Shown: positions 39,789 to 49,695, numbered from the stretch's first letter. The stretch: DNA of 64,000 nt from an uncultured Bacteroidales bacterium (GCA_937901225.1 CALCGX010000127.1:12643-76642); one strand, 5' to 3'. Made by a program: numbers and translations. Notes: generated from the letters alone by a model not told the origin.

Positions 39789-42104
39789 ATGAGCAAGAAT
39801 TTGATGATCGTAGAGTCTCCCAGCAAGGGAAAGACCATTGCCAAATATCTGGGCAAGGATTTTCGTTTGATGTCGTCGCAAGGGCATGTGCGTGACATTG
39901 AGGGAGTGGGTAAAAATAGCATGGGTATTGACTTTGACAATGGCTATGCACCTAACTATGTGATTGATAAAGATAAGATACAACTGGTAGATGCGCTGCG
40001 TAAAGAGGCACTGAAAGCAGACAAGGTATGGCTGGCAAGCGACCCTGACCGCGAGGGAGAGGCGATCGCATGGCATATTCAAGAAATATTGCAATTGCCT
40101 AAGGATAAAGTGTGCCGTATCACGTTTAATGATACAACCAAAGAGTCGATTTTGGAGGCAATCAATCATCCTCGTGATATTGATTATAACTTGGTCAATG
40201 CGCAGCAAGCACGTCGCGTGATGGACCGTATTGTGGGATTTGAGTTGTCACCTGTGTTGTGGAAAAAGGTCATTACTGGTTTGAGTGCAGGTCGTGTACA
40301 ATCGGTGGCTGTGCGCTTGATTGTAGAGCGTGAGCGTGAGATTGAGGAGTTTGTGCCAACAGCAAGCTACCGCTTGACTGCGGAGTTTGTGGGTGTGGCG
40401 TTGAATGGGGAAGAAACAACGTTTAAGACGGAGTTGAATCGTCGTTTTGCTACCAAAGAAGAGGCGCTTGCTTTTCTTGAGCGTTGCAAAGAATCTACTT
40501 TTACGCTCACATCTGTGACGCATAAGCCAGGTCATCGTTCTCCTGCACCTCCTTTTACCACCTCTACGTTGCAACAAGAGGCGGTGCGCAAGTTGCACTT
40601 CTCGGTGTCGAAGACGATGCGTTTGGCTCAGTCACTCTATGAGGCAGGTCATATTACTTATATGCGTACCGACTCGGTGAATCTTAGCGGGTTAGCAATC
40701 AATACGGCAAAAGCAACTATCTTGTCGGAGTACGGAGAGCAATACCACAAAGCACGTCAATATCAGACGAAATCAAAGAATGCTCAAGAAGCACACGAGG
40801 CTATTCGTCCAACGTATATGAATGTGCCTGTAGCGGGAAACAATAATGATGAACGTCGCCTATATGATTTGATTCGCAAACGTGCATTGGCTACACAAAT
40901 GGCTGATGTGGAGGTGGATACTACTCGTGTGGAAGTGGCGATGAGCAATTCGCCATATCTGTGGACTGCAACGCATGAGGTGATCACTTTTGATGGTTTT
41001 ATGCGCGTTTATACGCAAGCTGCGGACGAGGAATTGACTGCGAATAATCAAGCAGCTATCGCCTTGCTCAAGGAAAATGTCAATTGTCAGTTGTCAATCG
41101 TAAACGGTCAAGAGACCTTTACAAAGGCTCCAACGCGCTATCACGAGGGTTCGTTGGTGGATAAGATGGATGAATTGGGTATTGGTCGTCCGTCCACGTA
41201 TGCAACTGTGATAGAGACGATACAGTCGCGTAAGTATGTGGAGCGTGGAGCTGTGGAGGGCGTAAAACGTAGTTACAATGTGTTGACGCTCAGCAATGGC
41301 AAGATAACGGATAAGCATAAAACAGAAGTAGTAGGAGCGGACTCTGGCAAGCTTCTTCCTACTGACCTTGGACGTATTGCCAATGACTTCTTGGTGGAGC
41401 AATTCCCTACCATATTGAGTTATGACTTTACGGCTCATTCTGAGGAGAGTTTCGATGCTATCGCTGCGGGTGAAGCGAATTGGGTACAGACAGTGGATGA
41501 GTTTTATCAGACTTTCCATCCGCTGATTAAGCAAGTACCATCTGGTAAGATGGCTGCACGATTGATAGGTCAGCATCCTCAGACGGGAGAGCCAATTTTA
41601 GCGCGTATTACCAAGAATGGCCCTTGCGTGCAATTGGGAGATAGCGATACAGAGAAACCAAAGTTTGCTTCTATGCAAAAAGGACAAAGTATCTTCACGA
41701 TTACGATAGATGAGGCATTGGCTTTGTTTGCGAATGCTTTGCCTCGCACTTTGGGCGAATGGCAAGGCGAAGAAGTGGTGGTGGGCGAAGGTAAATATGG
41801 TCCATATGTTCGTCATGCGGGAGTGTTTACGAGTTTGCCTAAAACAGTTGATCCATACACGATTACGTTGGATGATGCCATTGTGCTTTTTGAGCAGAAG
41901 AAGCAGGCTGATGAGCCAATTCATGTGTTTGGAGAAATACAGGTGTTGAATGGTAGGTATGGTGCGTATCTTAGGACTCCAGAGGGTAATTATCGCTTAC
42001 CAAAGTCGGTGGATGTGCAAGCTTTGACGGAGGCGAAGTGTCGTGAGATCATCGGATCGAGTGAGCCAGCAGCAGCCAAGAAACGCTTTACAAAGAAGAA
42101 ATAG
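39789..42104 (+). CDS. topA: DNA topoisomerase I
   Basis: Toprim N-terminus MIVESPSKGKTIAKYLG. Active-site Tyr context ITYMRTDS. 771 aa. Confidence 0.93.
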   Translation: MSKNLMIVESPSKGKTIAKYLGKDFRLMSSQGHVRDIEGVGKNSMGIDFDNGYAPNYVIDKDKIQLVDALRKEALKADKVWLASDPDREGEAIAWHIQEILQLPKDKVCRITFNDTTKESILEAINHPRDIDYNLVNAQQARRVMDRIVGFELSPVLWKKVITGLSAGRVQSVAVRLIVEREREIEEFVPTASYRLTAEFVGVALNGEETTFKTELNRRFATKEEALAFLERCKESTFTLTSVTHKPGHRSPAPPFTTSTLQQEAVRKLHFSVSKTMRLAQSLYEAGHITYMRTDSVNLSGLAINTAKATILSEYGEQYHKARQYQTKSKNAQEAHEAIRPTYMNVPVAGNNNDERRLYDLIRKRALATQMADVEVDTTRVEVAMSNSPYLWTATHEVITFDGFMRVYTQAADEELTANNQAAIALLKENVNCQLSIVNGQETFTKAPTRYHEGSLVDKMDELGIGRPSTYATVIETIQSRKYVERGAVEGVKRSYNVLTLSNGKITDKHKTEVVGADSGKLLPTDLGRIANDFLVEQFPTILSYDFTAHSEESFDAIAAGEANWVQTVDEFYQTFHPLIKQVPSGKMAARLIGQHPQTGEPILARITKNGPCVQLGDSDTEKPKFASMQKGQSIFTITIDEALALFANALPRTLGEWQGEEVVVGEGKYGPYVRHAGVFTSLPKTVDPYTITLDDAIVLFEQKKQADEPIHVFGEIQVLNGRYGAYLRTPEGNYRLPKSVDVQALTEAKCREIIGSSEPAAAKKRFTKKK

Positions 42105-42109
42105 CGCGG

Positions 42110-42182
42110 CGAGAAGTAGCGCAGTTGGTAGCGCACCACGTTCGGGACGTGGGGGTCGCGTGTTCGAATCACGTCTTCTCGA
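42110..42182 (+). tRNA. tRNA-Pro (anticodon CGG)
   Basis: Manual cloverleaf fold. Acceptor CGAGAAG/CTTCTCG, anticodon loop TTCGGGA, T-loop TTCGAAT. 73 nt. Starts 5 nt after the topA stop. Confidence 0.85.
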
Positions 42183-42188
42183 CAAAAA

Positions 42189-42210
42189 AGGACAGGGATG
42201 TCCTTTTTTT
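42189..42210 (+). terminator. intrinsic terminator after tRNA-Pro
   Basis: aggaca-ggga-tgtcct hairpin flanked by an A-run and T7. Confidence 0.6.
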
Positions 42211-42221
42211 GTTATGGTGAT

Positions 42222-42328
42222 GTATGCTGAATCACCTATAAATCACCTATAAATCACATAAGAATAACCTATGAATCACCAAAGAATCACTAAAGAATAA
42301 CTAAAGAATCACTAAAGATTTATAGCGG
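42222..42328. repeat. 11-bp-period tandem array, copy B (8 units)
   Basis: Left flank gtatgctga. The units atcacctataa x2, atcacataaga, ataacctatga, atcaccaaaga, atcactaaaga, ataactaaaga and atcactaaaga occupy 42231-42318. Right flank tttatagcggaaa. Confidence 0.9.
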
Positions 42329-42462
42329 AAAGATAGTGAAAGAAAAGGGACTGACTAAACCTAATTGACGTAAACCTAAAACAAAGTGATGAAACGTATT
42401 GGGAATGAGCGGCTTGAAAAATGAGGTGTTTGGTTGAAAATATAGAAAAAGTACTCTTTTTT

Positions 42463-42494
42463 CTTGGGAATTTCAAAAAAAAATAGTAACTTTG
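42463..42494 (+). promoter_or_regulatory. candidate sigma-A promoter for 42601..49607
   Basis: TAACTTTG at 42487-42494, A10 in the spacer. The -33 position reads TTGG (imperfect). Confidence 0.4.
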
Positions 42495-42600
42495 CAGGCT
42501 AATTTGTTTTTATAAAACAAGAAGACGTGTGTGGTGCGTATAATTGCCCCGATATTTTGTGTCAAAGAAGGAATGTAATATTTGATTTTTAAGGATAAAA

Positions 42601-42948
42601 GTGACTAATTCGTATTCTCATACAGCCCAAATCATGGATACACCTGGCATGATGCACCATGCAGGGTATGTGTTTAAGGATCCATGTACGGGTTGGAATT
42701 CGTTTACTGCTTCAGGTACTGGCAGCTTTGCTGCTATTTCGGCTGAGGTAGGTGGTAGTGTTTGTACCCAGGAAAACCTGTTTGGTGGTCCTGTGAAAGT
42801 GAATGGAATGGTATATGCAGCTCGTCCTGATAGACCACCAATAGGACAGGAGATGCCAGTAGGAGGTATGCTGTTGCCGATGTTGGTGATGGTGTGTGCA
42901 TATGTGTTGGTAAAAGTGGTTAAACGTAAGAAATCTCAAGCCTTATGA
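42601..42948 (+). CDS. small tail-anchored hypothetical protein (start GTG 42601 or ATG 42634)
   Basis: No N-terminal signal peptide. C-terminus MPVGGMLLPMLVMVCAYVLVKVVKRKKSQAL. The stop overlaps the start of the giant gene (ATGA at 42945-42948). Confidence 0.5.
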   Translation: MTNSYSHTAQIMDTPGMMHHAGYVFKDPCTGWNSFTASGTGSFAAISAEVGGSVCTQENLFGGPVKVNGMVYAARPDRPPIGQEMPVGGMLLPMLVMVCAYVLVKVVKRKKSQAL

Positions 42949-45900
42949 AAAGATTTTTTCTCTTAGTATATATTTGTCTGAGTTGTCTGATTGCGCAAGC
43001 GCAGGTGACAGATGGTGTGTTTGTGAGCGGAGATATCGTATCGTTTAGTTATGATAGCGACCCATGGGTGCAATATGATTTTCGTTTGTATTTGGAGGCA
43101 AGTAGTGACGGTGTGCGTGCTCCACGGGTGATATCGGATGACTGCTTGTGGCGGATGCGTATTGATCAGAATGGTTCGTCTTACTATTATAGTTTTCAGA
43201 ATTTGACTACAGGATATTGGTTGAGTGTGGATAACTCAAGTCCACAGGGGGCGACAAATGTAGGTGCTCTGACTTTGGTTCCCGATAGTTCTGCAGCAGC
43301 GGCTTTTCGCTTCGGAAATATGGTGGATTCGCAGAAGGGGTCCTATTGGTTGGGTGAGATTTACTACATGGCCACAATGCACTGGGGGCAAGTGCTACCA
43401 TTGTATGTGACTTTGGATTTTACGGTTGCGAACTGGAGTCCTTATACGATTCATGTGGAGAAATGGGAGCGAAAAGGTACAGGTGATGCGTGGGCGCACT
43501 TCAACCCAGCGAAGATAGAGTTTACCTACGATGATGTGTTGGAGCGTGATGTGCGCTTTGTGATTGAGCATACCACAGAGACGTATTACCAGATAGTAAG
43601 ACGTCCTAATGAAGAGCCGCTACTTCGACGCACATCCATTGAGGTGGACCCAAATCAAGTGAAAGAGGTGCATGTGTATTGGGAGTCAACGGGTGCGAAT
43701 AAGAGCAAAGAGACATGGCTCAATCCAGCAAACTTCTCGTTTAACTATCCTAATCTCCAATATACTTGCCCAGATACATCGCGTGTGATGATGAGGCTGG
43801 GTGAGGTGGAAGAGATTAAAGCGGCTGACGGACATAAGCAATGGCAGTTTCCTTTGGCACCAGTAGGAGAGAGTCCGATGGATTTGAAGGGTATTATCTA
43901 TCCCGAATTGGATAGTCAAGGCAACCAGTTGGGTATCTTGACTTGGATAGACTATTCGGATAATGTGGTGGTGGAGTATAAATACGGCAACCAGAGCTTC
44001 AGCAAGAAGATGCGCGTGGTTCGTAAGTCGTATCACAAAGAGGAGTTGAATCCAATCTCGGTGTCGATAAATCCAGTGACCTATACCTTCCGTGAGGTGG
44101 CTGAGGCAAAAGACTTTGTGGTAAATGTGCAGCATCAACATGGTTCTGTGATTTACAATGTGGATGGTCAAGAGATTGTTCGTGAGGCAGAAGGCGAAGT
44201 AGAAATAATATCCTTGAATGATGCGCATTGGACATTTAGCTTCGAGAATGGTTGGGAAGGGCTTAGTTGTGAAGTGCTGGACGATGGTAAAACGATTCGA
44301 GTGAGTACACCAGAGAATGAAAGTAATAGTAAGCGTACTGCGACATTGGTAGGAACATATTCCAATCAAACTGATGCTGAGCATAAACACGCAGGTGAGT
44401 TCCGTATTCCAATCGCTCAGCGTGTGGAAGCAGGTGGTATACAATTCGAGACGCAAGCAGGTGCAGGTCATACAGGAGCATGGACGGCAGGGCAAGAGCA
44501 GTTGACACATACCTCGGAGCGTACCATATACTATTTGCCTAACCAGGAGATAGAACTCCGTTTGGCAGAGTCGGGGTACTCGGGCTATATGCGCTGGTAT
44601 GACTATGAGACCAAGGGGGATCCCTATTATAACCATGTAGAGGGCTATTTGTCCACTTCATGGATTCGTTCGCCTCGTTCGGCGGACGGCACACCATTTG
44701 CTGCTATCAATACGCCACAGAGTGCAGAAACGATTCAAGATGAAGGTATATCGTATGGATTGTATTCTTTCAACAGAAATAACGACCGATATGGCGCTCA
44801 GACCGCAGGTACAGATGCTAACTATGGTGGTGTGCTGAATGAAAACAATACTGGTAACGCCGCTCCAATCCTCAAGGGATGGGATTATACGTATAATGCG
44901 AGCGCAAGCACGGCTGAGGCTAAAGCAGCTTCGGGCTATCATACGATGGCGTGTGATGTAAGTGCATATACCGATTATGAATATACTTTGCATAATGGTC
45001 AGATCACTTCGATAACAGAGCCAACGCTATCTTATCGCCAAATCTTCCATCTTAAGCCAGCTGAAGAGATGGCGGATACACTGCAAGCGCGAACGGGCAG
45101 AGGTGAGTATTTGGAAACGTATAAATATCAGGCTCCATCGGGTAAACAGATCCTTTTGTCCACTGAGCATCGCTATGTCCAATACCGTTCGCATTTGTCT
45201 GAGATGTGCTATTTCTATCGCGATGGTAGTGACCAAGTGCAACGTATTCCAGCATCAGCATTCTCATGGACAAGAGAGGTGTGGGATAATCAAACTAAGG
45301 ACTATCTACTTGCACAGGGATATACCCCTACATATACCGCTGAACTTGACTATCTGATAGTTAGAAGTGATAATTACACCATGGGCGAGCAGCAAGTGAA
45401 GCATAGGTATCGTTTGACAGCAGCACCAGCCGACTCAGAGCCATTGCTGATAGCTGAGTTTGAGGTGGAGTTTGTGGATGTGGAGAAATGTGGTCCAACG
45501 ACACAAACAATCATCACTCAAGCCCGTATTGAAAATGAATATGAGGTGTTGAGTAGCATTAATTTTGATGACAACAACGATACGCATTTGCCATGGGGAC
45601 AGATATCGTATGGATATGTGTATGCAACGGGTGAATTGGCACAAGAAGCTAATTTCCGCCGTGGTGCAACGCAAGGTGCGTTCCCATTCTATGGTGAATA
45701 CACGATATTGTCTTCCGTGAACAAAGATTGGGCTATGGCATCGGCTCATTCGGGTAAGGCATTGTATGTGGATGGTACCATGGAACCAGGTTTGGTGGCC
45801 AGTCTTACCACGGGTAAGCCTATTTGTTCGGGTCAAACGATGTATTGCTCGGCATGGTTCTGCAACCCTGCACCGGCTAACTGGTCAGGCCAAGGTAACC

Positions 45901-48900
45901 CAATCTTCCGCTTTAATGTTCAAGGAAAGAATAAGGGAGAAGCAGATTGGCAGAATGTAGGCGTGTATTTTGTGGGCGAGTTGCTCAAAGGTAGGGGTTG
46001 GCAGCAGATTAACTTCCCGATTGAATCGGCGAGTGGCTATGACTCTACGCGCGTATCGATTTATAACTTTGCGACTACCAACCAAGGTAACGACTTTATG
46101 GTGGACGATATTACTCTATATGTATCGCAGTTGCCAATGGCGGCTTACCATGGTAAGATGACCTGTCGCTCGACGAATAATGGTGTCAGCAGTGCAGCAG
46201 CCGTGTTGCGATTGGATTATAGCAATATGGAGGTAGGTTCGGATGCGTATATCTATTATCAGATTTACAATGAGACAGCAGACAAAGCATTGAATCCAAC
46301 CTATCAAGAGGGAGATGAAACGCTACCTATCTACTACCATGACTATGATCATGAACATGGTAATCTGGCAACCAATCACGCCTATGGTTCGATACACATT
46401 CCTGATGCTAATTATGTGCCTTCGGAGAGTAGGGGAGATATTATCTATTACTCGGTGGCCAAGATGCTGGATGAGATGGGTGATGCGGTACATAAGAAGG
46501 CCTATGTGAAGACGGTGAATAATGGTGTGGAAAAATGGCTGTTGTATGTGGCGCATATCATCGAAAATACCGAAGAGCCTGATGAGGCGTTGAATAAGTT
46601 ATATGCTGGTGATAGCTATTGGATGCGTATGGCATATTCGGTGGATGAGTTGGACGAGGACAACTGTAACATGCAAACACCATTGCATGCTACGCAACAG
46701 ACTAAGTTTGATCTCCGCAATTCGGATGGCGGTCTGGTGGATGAGGAGTTTGACTTGGAATCGGCAGGCAATTGCGCCAATGACATGTATTATCTGACGG
46801 TGGCAGTGAAAAATACCTTTGCAGATGAGGTGGGTGGTGCGCTCAAGGATAAGAAGGTACCTATCTATGCGGATTGGTTGGTAACTGTGGAGTCGGATGA
46901 TGTATATGGTGATAAAGAGGCTACATTGGAGCAACAATTGGCAGCGGATGAGGCATTTAAAGCGTTGTATAAGTACACGCATGGACAAGTGACTGCGGCT
47001 ATCATGTACGATATGAGACGTCCATCTACGGCTGATGATCCTAATCCAAACTATTATGCTACTCGCTTTGAGGATTTGAAGGTGGATGCATTTGAGTCAA
47101 GACAAAACTATGATATCGTGAAGCATCTCCATGATAATGGTTGGTTGCAGTTCTATGATACAACGGCTCATTTCTATCTTGGAGCAAATGATACTGCGCG
47201 CTACTGGTGCTTCCCTATTGAGGGTACTGCTACCATGACGGTGAACTATCAGGGTAAGGACACTTTGGTGGTGCTCAAAGATTGTAATGAGCCACGTTGG
47301 GTGAAAGTGACTTCTGCAGAAGCTAGTCGCTTCTTGAATATCTTACCAATCGCATCTGAACATATAACGGAGCAACAAAGAACAGAACTTCCTGTTTATA
47401 AGATTGTTATTGGTGATACGTCTGCCATCAAAATCCCTGTTACTGACATGGGTGGAGATACCAAGATTGCTAATTGTGAGATAGTAGAAGAAAATGGTAA
47501 AAAATACTTTACTCTCAATACAGATGCCATCAGTTTTGTTAACCCTGAAACAGGAGAAGTGTTGCCTGTTGATCCTAGCAAAACGGTTGAAGCAGGTAGA
47601 GAATACATCGCACGTTTGCAGTTGACTACAGGTGCCGATGGCGTGGATTATGAAGGATGCAAAGTGGGATATATCTTCATCAAAATACAAGTGTTGCCAC
47701 AAACAGTGGTATGGCGCCCAGGTACAAGCACCATCAACGGTTGGGGCTTGAACGAAAACTGGAAAAGTTGGGAGGATACCAATGGCAATAAGCAGGTGGA
47801 TGATGGAGATACGTTTGGAGTAGGATATGTGCCAATGGCTGGTGTAGATGTGATTATCCCTAAGATGGATAATGAGTTGCGCTATCCATACATTGTGCCC
47901 GATAATGAGCACTTGGATGACCCAGAATCGGATCACAAGCACAATCACTACCCAATGACCATCAATCATGATGTGCATAAATGTCGCAATATCTACTTTG
48001 CTTCGGGGGCACGCATCAACAACCAACATCTGTTGGAGTATGAGAAGGCGTTTGTGGATATGCAGCTGACTTCTACTAAGTGGAATATGATGTCTGCACC
48101 GCTGAAAGATATGTATACAGGTGATATGTTTATTCCTCATACAGGCGACTATATATCAGGGTCCGCAATGGAGAGCGATAATCCGTTTGAGGTGTCATCC
48201 TTCCAGGGTACACGTGCTGGGGATGCGGCATACGCATTCTGGTTGTCATTCTATAATAAGGATATTGTTACCCGTTATGAGGGTGGAAAAGATGTAACAG
48301 AAACAGCCACTGCTGAGTTCTGCGAGTCGAACTCGTTGATTCAACCATTGGAGGTAGGACAAGGTTTCCAACTCTTGGGCTTTGGTCCTGGAGATAGTAT
48401 GGAAGATATGATTGTTCGTTTGCCTAAGCCAGATGAGCGTTATTCGTATTTCAGCCCTTCGGGTTATGAAACTTCTTCTGTGGTGGTTCCTTCGCGAGAG
48501 GAGGCATATCGTTTGGCATTTACTCCAACCGATAACACGATGCAAATTACCTTGACGAATGGGGTGGAGAGCAATGCTTTTGTATTTGGTAATCCTACGT
48601 TGTCGTATATTGATATGCGTGCACTATTGGCTGATAATGAGCAGTTTAGTTCAGAGTTCTATTATATGCAGAACGACTCATGGCAGTCGGCTACGGTGGA
48701 AGTGGCAGCCACATCTTCGGATCGATACTTGCCTCCGATGCGTTCGGTAATGCTCAAGTTGCGCGATGGGGCAACGGCGACTACTGCCCAAGTAGTATTA
48801 AGTACCGATCATTTGACGCTGAATAACTCGCTGAAGTCAAAGGTGGCACCTGTGATGCGTGCACCTCAGCGCGATGTAATGCAAGAGGCTGAGGTGATGA

Positions 48901-49607
48901 CGATCTATGCTTTTGCTGCGGGCAATTATGCACGCTGTATGTTGGCTACACATGCTGAGGCGAATGATTATTATTTGCAGGGCGAGGATGCATTGTTCTT
49001 GTCGTCGGGTGTGGAAGTGACGGTGAAGGATAATTCGGCAGTATCTCCGCTGAACCTCTATACGGTGGCAGAGCAAGTGCCGATGATGACCGATCTGCGT
49101 CAAGGAGTTAGTGAAATACCATTGGCAGTTTTGGCAAATGCAGATGCAAGGGATGAGCATATGCAATTGGCATTCTATCTCTCTGAAAACTGGACTAAGG
49201 AGTGCTATCTTTGGGATACCATGACGGGCGCAAAATACCGAATCCTCAATGGCTTGATGTTGCAATTACCGATGTCGGAGAACCATGAGCAACGCTATGT
49301 GATTGTAGGTCCAGATACCTATGTGGGAGAAGGCAATGATGGTGGTGTGGCTACATCTACTATGAGTGCACTTCCAGCCGATGGCCAATTACATGCTTAT
49401 TCACATGCTGCGGGGATGTTGACGGTGGCATCTAACCAGTTGATAAAATCGGTGGTGGTATATGATATGCTCGGACGTGTATTGCTGGAGCATGATATGA
49501 ATCTGTGGAATAACGAAGTGACTTTACCAGTACCTTCGGGTATGTGTGTGGTGGAAGCTTATTTGAGTAATCAAACAACGCTTCATCAGCCAGCCATGGT
49601 GAAGTAA
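42945..49607 (+). CDS. giant (2220 aa) surface/adhesin-like T9SS cargo protein
   Basis: Signal peptide ending AQAQ. Jelly-roll/CBM-like block NQGNDFMVDDITLYV. C-terminal sorting domain VVVYDMLGRVLLEH...HQPAMVK. Confidence 0.85.
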   Translation: MKRFFLLVYICLSCLIAQAQVTDGVFVSGDIVSFSYDSDPWVQYDFRLYLEASSDGVRAPRVISDDCLWRMRIDQNGSSYYYSFQNLTTGYWLSVDNSSPQGATNVGALTLVPDSSAAAAFRFGNMVDSQKGSYWLGEIYYMATMHWGQVLPLYVTLDFTVANWSPYTIHVEKWERKGTGDAWAHFNPAKIEFTYDDVLERDVRFVIEHTTETYYQIVRRPNEEPLLRRTSIEVDPNQVKEVHVYWESTGANKSKETWLNPANFSFNYPNLQYTCPDTSRVMMRLGEVEEIKAADGHKQWQFPLAPVGESPMDLKGIIYPELDSQGNQLGILTWIDYSDNVVVEYKYGNQSFSKKMRVVRKSYHKEELNPISVSINPVTYTFREVAEAKDFVVNVQHQHGSVIYNVDGQEIVREAEGEVEIISLNDAHWTFSFENGWEGLSCEVLDDGKTIRVSTPENESNSKRTATLVGTYSNQTDAEHKHAGEFRIPIAQRVEAGGIQFETQAGAGHTGAWTAGQEQLTHTSERTIYYLPNQEIELRLAESGYSGYMRWYDYETKGDPYYNHVEGYLSTSWIRSPRSADGTPFAAINTPQSAETIQDEGISYGLYSFNRNNDRYGAQTAGTDANYGGVLNENNTGNAAPILKGWDYTYNASASTAEAKAASGYHTMACDVSAYTDYEYTLHNGQITSITEPTLSYRQIFHLKPAEEMADTLQARTGRGEYLETYKYQAPSGKQILLSTEHRYVQYRSHLSEMCYFYRDGSDQVQRIPASAFSWTREVWDNQTKDYLLAQGYTPTYTAELDYLIVRSDNYTMGEQQVKHRYRLTAAPADSEPLLIAEFEVEFVDVEKCGPTTQTIITQARIENEYEVLSSINFDDNNDTHLPWGQISYGYVYATGELAQEANFRRGATQGAFPFYGEYTILSSVNKDWAMASAHSGKALYVDGTMEPGLVASLTTGKPICSGQTMYCSAWFCNPAPANWSGQGNPIFRFNVQGKNKGEADWQNVGVYFVGELLKGRGWQQINFPIESASGYDSTRVSIYNFATTNQGNDFMVDDITLYVSQLPMAAYHGKMTCRSTNNGVSSAAAVLRLDYSNMEVGSDAYIYYQIYNETADKALNPTYQEGDETLPIYYHDYDHEHGNLATNHAYGSIHIPDANYVPSESRGDIIYYSVAKMLDEMGDAVHKKAYVKTVNNGVEKWLLYVAHIIENTEEPDEALNKLYAGDSYWMRMAYSVDELDEDNCNMQTPLHATQQTKFDLRNSDGGLVDEEFDLESAGNCANDMYYLTVAVKNTFADEVGGALKDKKVPIYADWLVTVESDDVYGDKEATLEQQLAADEAFKALYKYTHGQVTAAIMYDMRRPSTADDPNPNYYATRFEDLKVDAFESRQNYDIVKHLHDNGWLQFYDTTAHFYLGANDTARYWCFPIEGTATMTVNYQGKDTLVVLKDCNEPRWVKVTSAEASRFLNILPIASEHITEQQRTELPVYKIVIGDTSAIKIPVTDMGGDTKIANCEIVEENGKKYFTLNTDAISFVNPETGEVLPVDPSKTVEAGREYIARLQLTTGADGVDYEGCKVGYIFIKIQVLPQTVVWRPGTSTINGWGLNENWKSWEDTNGNKQVDDGDTFGVGYVPMAGVDVIIPKMDNELRYPYIVPDNEHLDDPESDHKHNHYPMTINHDVHKCRNIYFASGARINNQHLLEYEKAFVDMQLTSTKWNMMSAPLKDMYTGDMFIPHTGDYISGSAMESDNPFEVSSFQGTRAGDAAYAFWLSFYNKDIVTRYEGGKDVTETATAEFCESNSLIQPLEVGQGFQLLGFGPGDSMEDMIVRLPKPDERYSYFSPSGYETSSVVVPSREEAYRLAFTPTDNTMQITLTNGVESNAFVFGNPTLSYIDMRALLADNEQFSSEFYYMQNDSWQSATVEVAATSSDRYLPPMRSVMLKLRDGATATTAQVVLSTDHLTLNNSLKSKVAPVMRAPQRDVMQEAEVMTIYAFAAGNYARCMLATHAEANDYYLQGEDALFLSSGVEVTVKDNSAVSPLNLYTVAEQVPMMTDLRQGVSEIPLAVLANADARDEHMQLAFYLSENWTKECYLWDTMTGAKYRILNGLMLQLPMSENHEQRYVIVGPDTYVGEGNDGGVATSTMSALPADGQLHAYSHAAGMLTVASNQLIKSVVVYDMLGRVLLEHDMNLWNNEVTLPVPSGMCVVEAYLSNQTTLHQPAMVK

Positions 49608-49633
49608 AATAGATAGAAAGAAACACATTTTTT

Positions 49634-49675
49634 TGCCGAGGAACACCAGAAAAAGATGTTCTTCGGCATTTTTTA
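49634..49675 (+). terminator. intrinsic terminator
   Basis: A 12-bp stem, tgccgaggaaca / tgttcttcggca (one G-U pair), plus T6. Confidence 0.65.
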
Positions 49676-49695
49676 TGCAAAAAAAATGGGGAATA

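Noticed and set aside
42231-42318. The tandem arrays at 5735-5789, 42231-42318 and 61360-61404 considered as CRISPR arrays.
   Set aside because: The units are 11 bp and directly abutting with no spacers. There are no cas genes and no leader. This is incompatible with CRISPR architecture.
5724-42328. An invertible 36-kb segment bounded by the two inverted 11-bp arrays.
   Set aside because: There is no recombinase gene in the window. The shared sequence is only about 75-105 bp. The interval contains essential genes (rpoD, topA, trxA). This cannot be assessed from a single sequence.
43686-44636. Long antisense or off-frame ORFs inside large genes, for example 43686-44636(-), 50884-52101(-), 52996-53982(-), 7843-8646(-), 47343-48140(-), 39552-40208(-) and 4658-5272(+).
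   Set aside because: They are shadow ORFs fully overlapping genes with clear family signatures. They show low-complexity, Cys/His/Ile-rich translations, no promoters and no recognisable motifs.
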